Source: Selaginella moellendorffii
Taxonomy: Eukaryota; Plantae; Lycopodiophyta
Assembly: GCF_000143415.4 (NCBI RefSeq)
Contig: NW_003314273.1
Coordinates: forward strand, 878,074 to 942,073
Direction: 5' to 3'
Length of the DNA: 64,000 nt
The notes beneath the pieces were generated by a model. That model was not told where the DNA came from and made no database searches. It saw only the letters and a program-made list of their open reading frames with translations. The position numbers and the translations under genes were made by a program. Below, in pieces: positions 61,481 through 64,000 of the stretch. Each line of letters starts with the position of its first letter. Positions within the stretch are counted from its first letter, which is position 1.

Positions 61481-63599
61481 TCACGGCCTGAAAGGCCTTC
61501 GAAAATCTCCTCCCGCGTCTCGCAAGCTCATCCACGATCGATCCAAAGAGAGAGGCCCAGTGAAAGCTCCACGATTGCTGTTGCTGTTCCTTCTCGCCGG
61601 AGAGATTTGCTGTTGCCTTTGCTGGTGGTGTCGAGAGGAGCCTCCAAAGTTTCCATTGCCCGGCCGCATATCCAGTCCCGACAGGGAGTTCCGCTTCCTC
61701 GAATGGTGCTGCTGCCTCTCGGACGAACTCGACGGTCTTTGCTTTGGAGCGCTCTGAGAGCGGGACTTTGCCTTGGTCGATTTCGTAGAAGCCATGTAGC
61801 TGGGAAAGCCATCGTAGTTGTAGCTGTAGAGCTCGTCGGCCTGGTGTTGCTCGCTCCTGTTGGAGAGAAAAGCGTTGCTTTTGGTGGTCTTGGAGCCAGT
61901 CGTAGAGAATGCGGGGCTGCTCTTGGCAGTTGAGAGGAAGCTGTCCTCATCATCGTAGTCGCCAACAAAAGCCGAGTAGATCTTCTCTTGCACGTCGTTG
62001 CTAAACCTGTCGAAGCTCGCGGCATAGAACTGCTGTTTTTCGGCGGGGCGGTTCGGTGGTGGCGATGTCGACCAAGTGTTGGTATCAAATGTTATCGATT
62101 CGGATGACAACCCAGACTTTCTTCTCGGCCTGCGCTTTGAAAATCTGGCCGAGTCTATCTCCACCACTTTAGCACTGCTCTCGGAGCTTCTGTCTTGCTG
62201 CGCAGCATCAGGAGCACTTCTGGTGCTCTCCTCCGCGGGAGGACCTCCTCCCTGAGTTTCCCATGGATGAGCAGCCATCCATCGTTCCAACCAGCTCCAT
62301 TCCCAGGGGCTAGTTTCCGACTCACAGCCAAGATTGTTGGCTCCACTCTACAGAAGAATTTGCAGTGTCACGAGAGACAAATGGAAAAGCTTACTTAAGT
62401 TACCTGGTGGCCATAAGCATAAGCCAACGCTCTTTCGCGCTTGAGAAGTCCGATCTGCTTTTGATCGAACTTGCACTGCAAGTCATCCACGCTTCTAGCC
62501 GAGGTATCCCATCCGTCCTAAAAGAATCAAGTCAACTTTGGGACACAATGAAAACCCGGAGCACATTTACCACGGATTTTCTAGGACGGACATCTTGCTG
62601 ATGCTGCTGTCGCCGGTGACGAAGCTGCTGTTGGGGCGGCAGGCCTTCGTCGGATGCACGACGTGCACGAGCACGAGCTTGAACTTTAACAAGCGCCTGC
62701 ATGCAGTGGAGTGTAAGGGCAGCTTGTTTACGAACAAGATGACCGCGGAACAAAGCTTGCAACCTGACCACAGCCTTGAGAGCTCGCAGCGCTCTTCTAG
62801 CCTGTAGAGAAAAACGGCAAGCTTTACAAATCGACCGATGAAGTGGTACAACTACTTACGAGATATCCTCGGAAGCCAGTCTGGATGATCACTGCGGCCC
62901 ACTCTTCCAAACTCACGCATCCACGGAACGAGCCTCCAGTGCTGGTGAGACGAACCACTGCGGCCGCTGCTTGAGCAGCAGCCACGGCAGCCTCGGCAGC
63001 CGCAGCGGAGGCAGCCGCAACCGCAATTGCATGCTTGCTCTGGTCCTTTTCGAAAGAGAGGCTGTCGCTAATATCAAAGTCATGCAGAGGATGGTGGTGA
63101 CTATGGCGACGCTGATCGTCGCTCTTGCGAACGGCATCTGCTACAGCCGAGTCTTTGGCAGACGATCTTCCAAAGCTCCACCTGCGCCTCTCTCGCGGCT
63201 TCTTCTTCTGCAAAGCGAATCAACCACAAGGAATCAATACCCTCACAAAAATCCGGGAAAACGACAGCAGCAACAAGGAAACAAAGCACAAGGCGATAAA
63301 ACTCCAAACTTTTAAACACGGCGAAGAAGCGAGTATTAAAACTCTCGAGCAAGACGTTTCTGATCGTGAGATGTGAAGACCACAAAATCTGGCAGCCATA
63401 ACTTCAACAGCATAAAGGAGAAAGAAAGAAAGAAAGAAATTCAAACTTCGGTGGAATCGATGGGATTGGAATCACTTACACTGGACTCCTCGCTCTTGCG
63501 TTCTTCAAACGAAGAGATCTTCTCCTTGGAGGACGAAGACGAGGACTTGCTCGACTTGACTCCAATGAAGCTCAAAAACCACCGGCTAGATTTGCCCAT
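61481..63599 (-). CDS. IQD: IQ67-domain (IQD) calmodulin-binding protein
   Basis: [83 protein letters not shown]. Confidence 0.93.
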
Positions 63600-64000
63600 T
63601 CTTGTCTCTCACAGGAGCATCACCTAAGCGAGAAGATCACACAGCAAAGTCAACCCTAGTACAAGGAAGAAGAGAGGACACAAGATCACGGGAATGCATG
63701 CCTCCCGTGATCTCACTGTACGAAGATCAAGCCGAGAAAGAGGAGCTCACCTTGCGAAAGGGGGTTTTGTCCCACTGAGACTACCGAAATATCGCCAGGC
63801 GCATCGAAAAGAGCAAATGCAGCTAGAGCGCGAGCTGGCGATCAATCCAGGCAAACGATTGAGCGCGCACAACCGAGAGGAGACGAGGCCGAGAGCGCAT
63901 GTAAGCAGGAGAGTGGATTAAGAAGCTCCACCAGCGAGCGCGATGGCGATGGCGATGGCGATGGGGATGGCGATCGAGAATGGGGCGCGGCGGCGACCAT

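Noticed and set aside
63940-63975. (GATGGC)n run near the window end
   Set aside because: Simple microsatellite; no supportable gene within the window

Overview
This is eukaryotic plant nuclear DNA. Very short (~45-70 bp) GT-AG introns, extremely tight gene packing, telo-box promoters and PLS-class PPR genes point to a lycophyte such as Selaginella (inference). About 22 intact protein-coding genes can be read: two PLS-E PPR, a plastid TPR protein, TMEM120, BTB/POZ, QCR8, a pseudokinase, F-box, IST1, SEC3, NIFK/Nop15-like RRM, phosphate acetyltransferase, GAUT, PHD/ELM2, two head-to-head paralogs of unknown function, WAT1/UMAMIT, sterol C5-desaturase, ARP9, PPD2, IQD and two orphan genes. AT-rich blocks of decayed LTR-retrotransposon DNA lie at ~2.5-9.0 kb and ~48.7-57.9 kb. 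The most unusual features are: (i) a ~4.1-kb insert flanked by an ~0.85-kb direct duplication, carrying an apparently intact ~10-exon gene with a PD-(D/E)xK nuclease-like motif plus UGT and anoctamin gene fragments; (ii) a recurring pattern of local duplication with filler DNA, twice with reciprocal survival of convergent genes; (iii) a bacterial-type phosphotransacetylase with many introns; (iv) a divergent pair of putative mitochondrial proteins sharing an unrecognised ~105-aa domain. Exon boundaries were read by eye and family assignments come from recalled motifs, not database searches.
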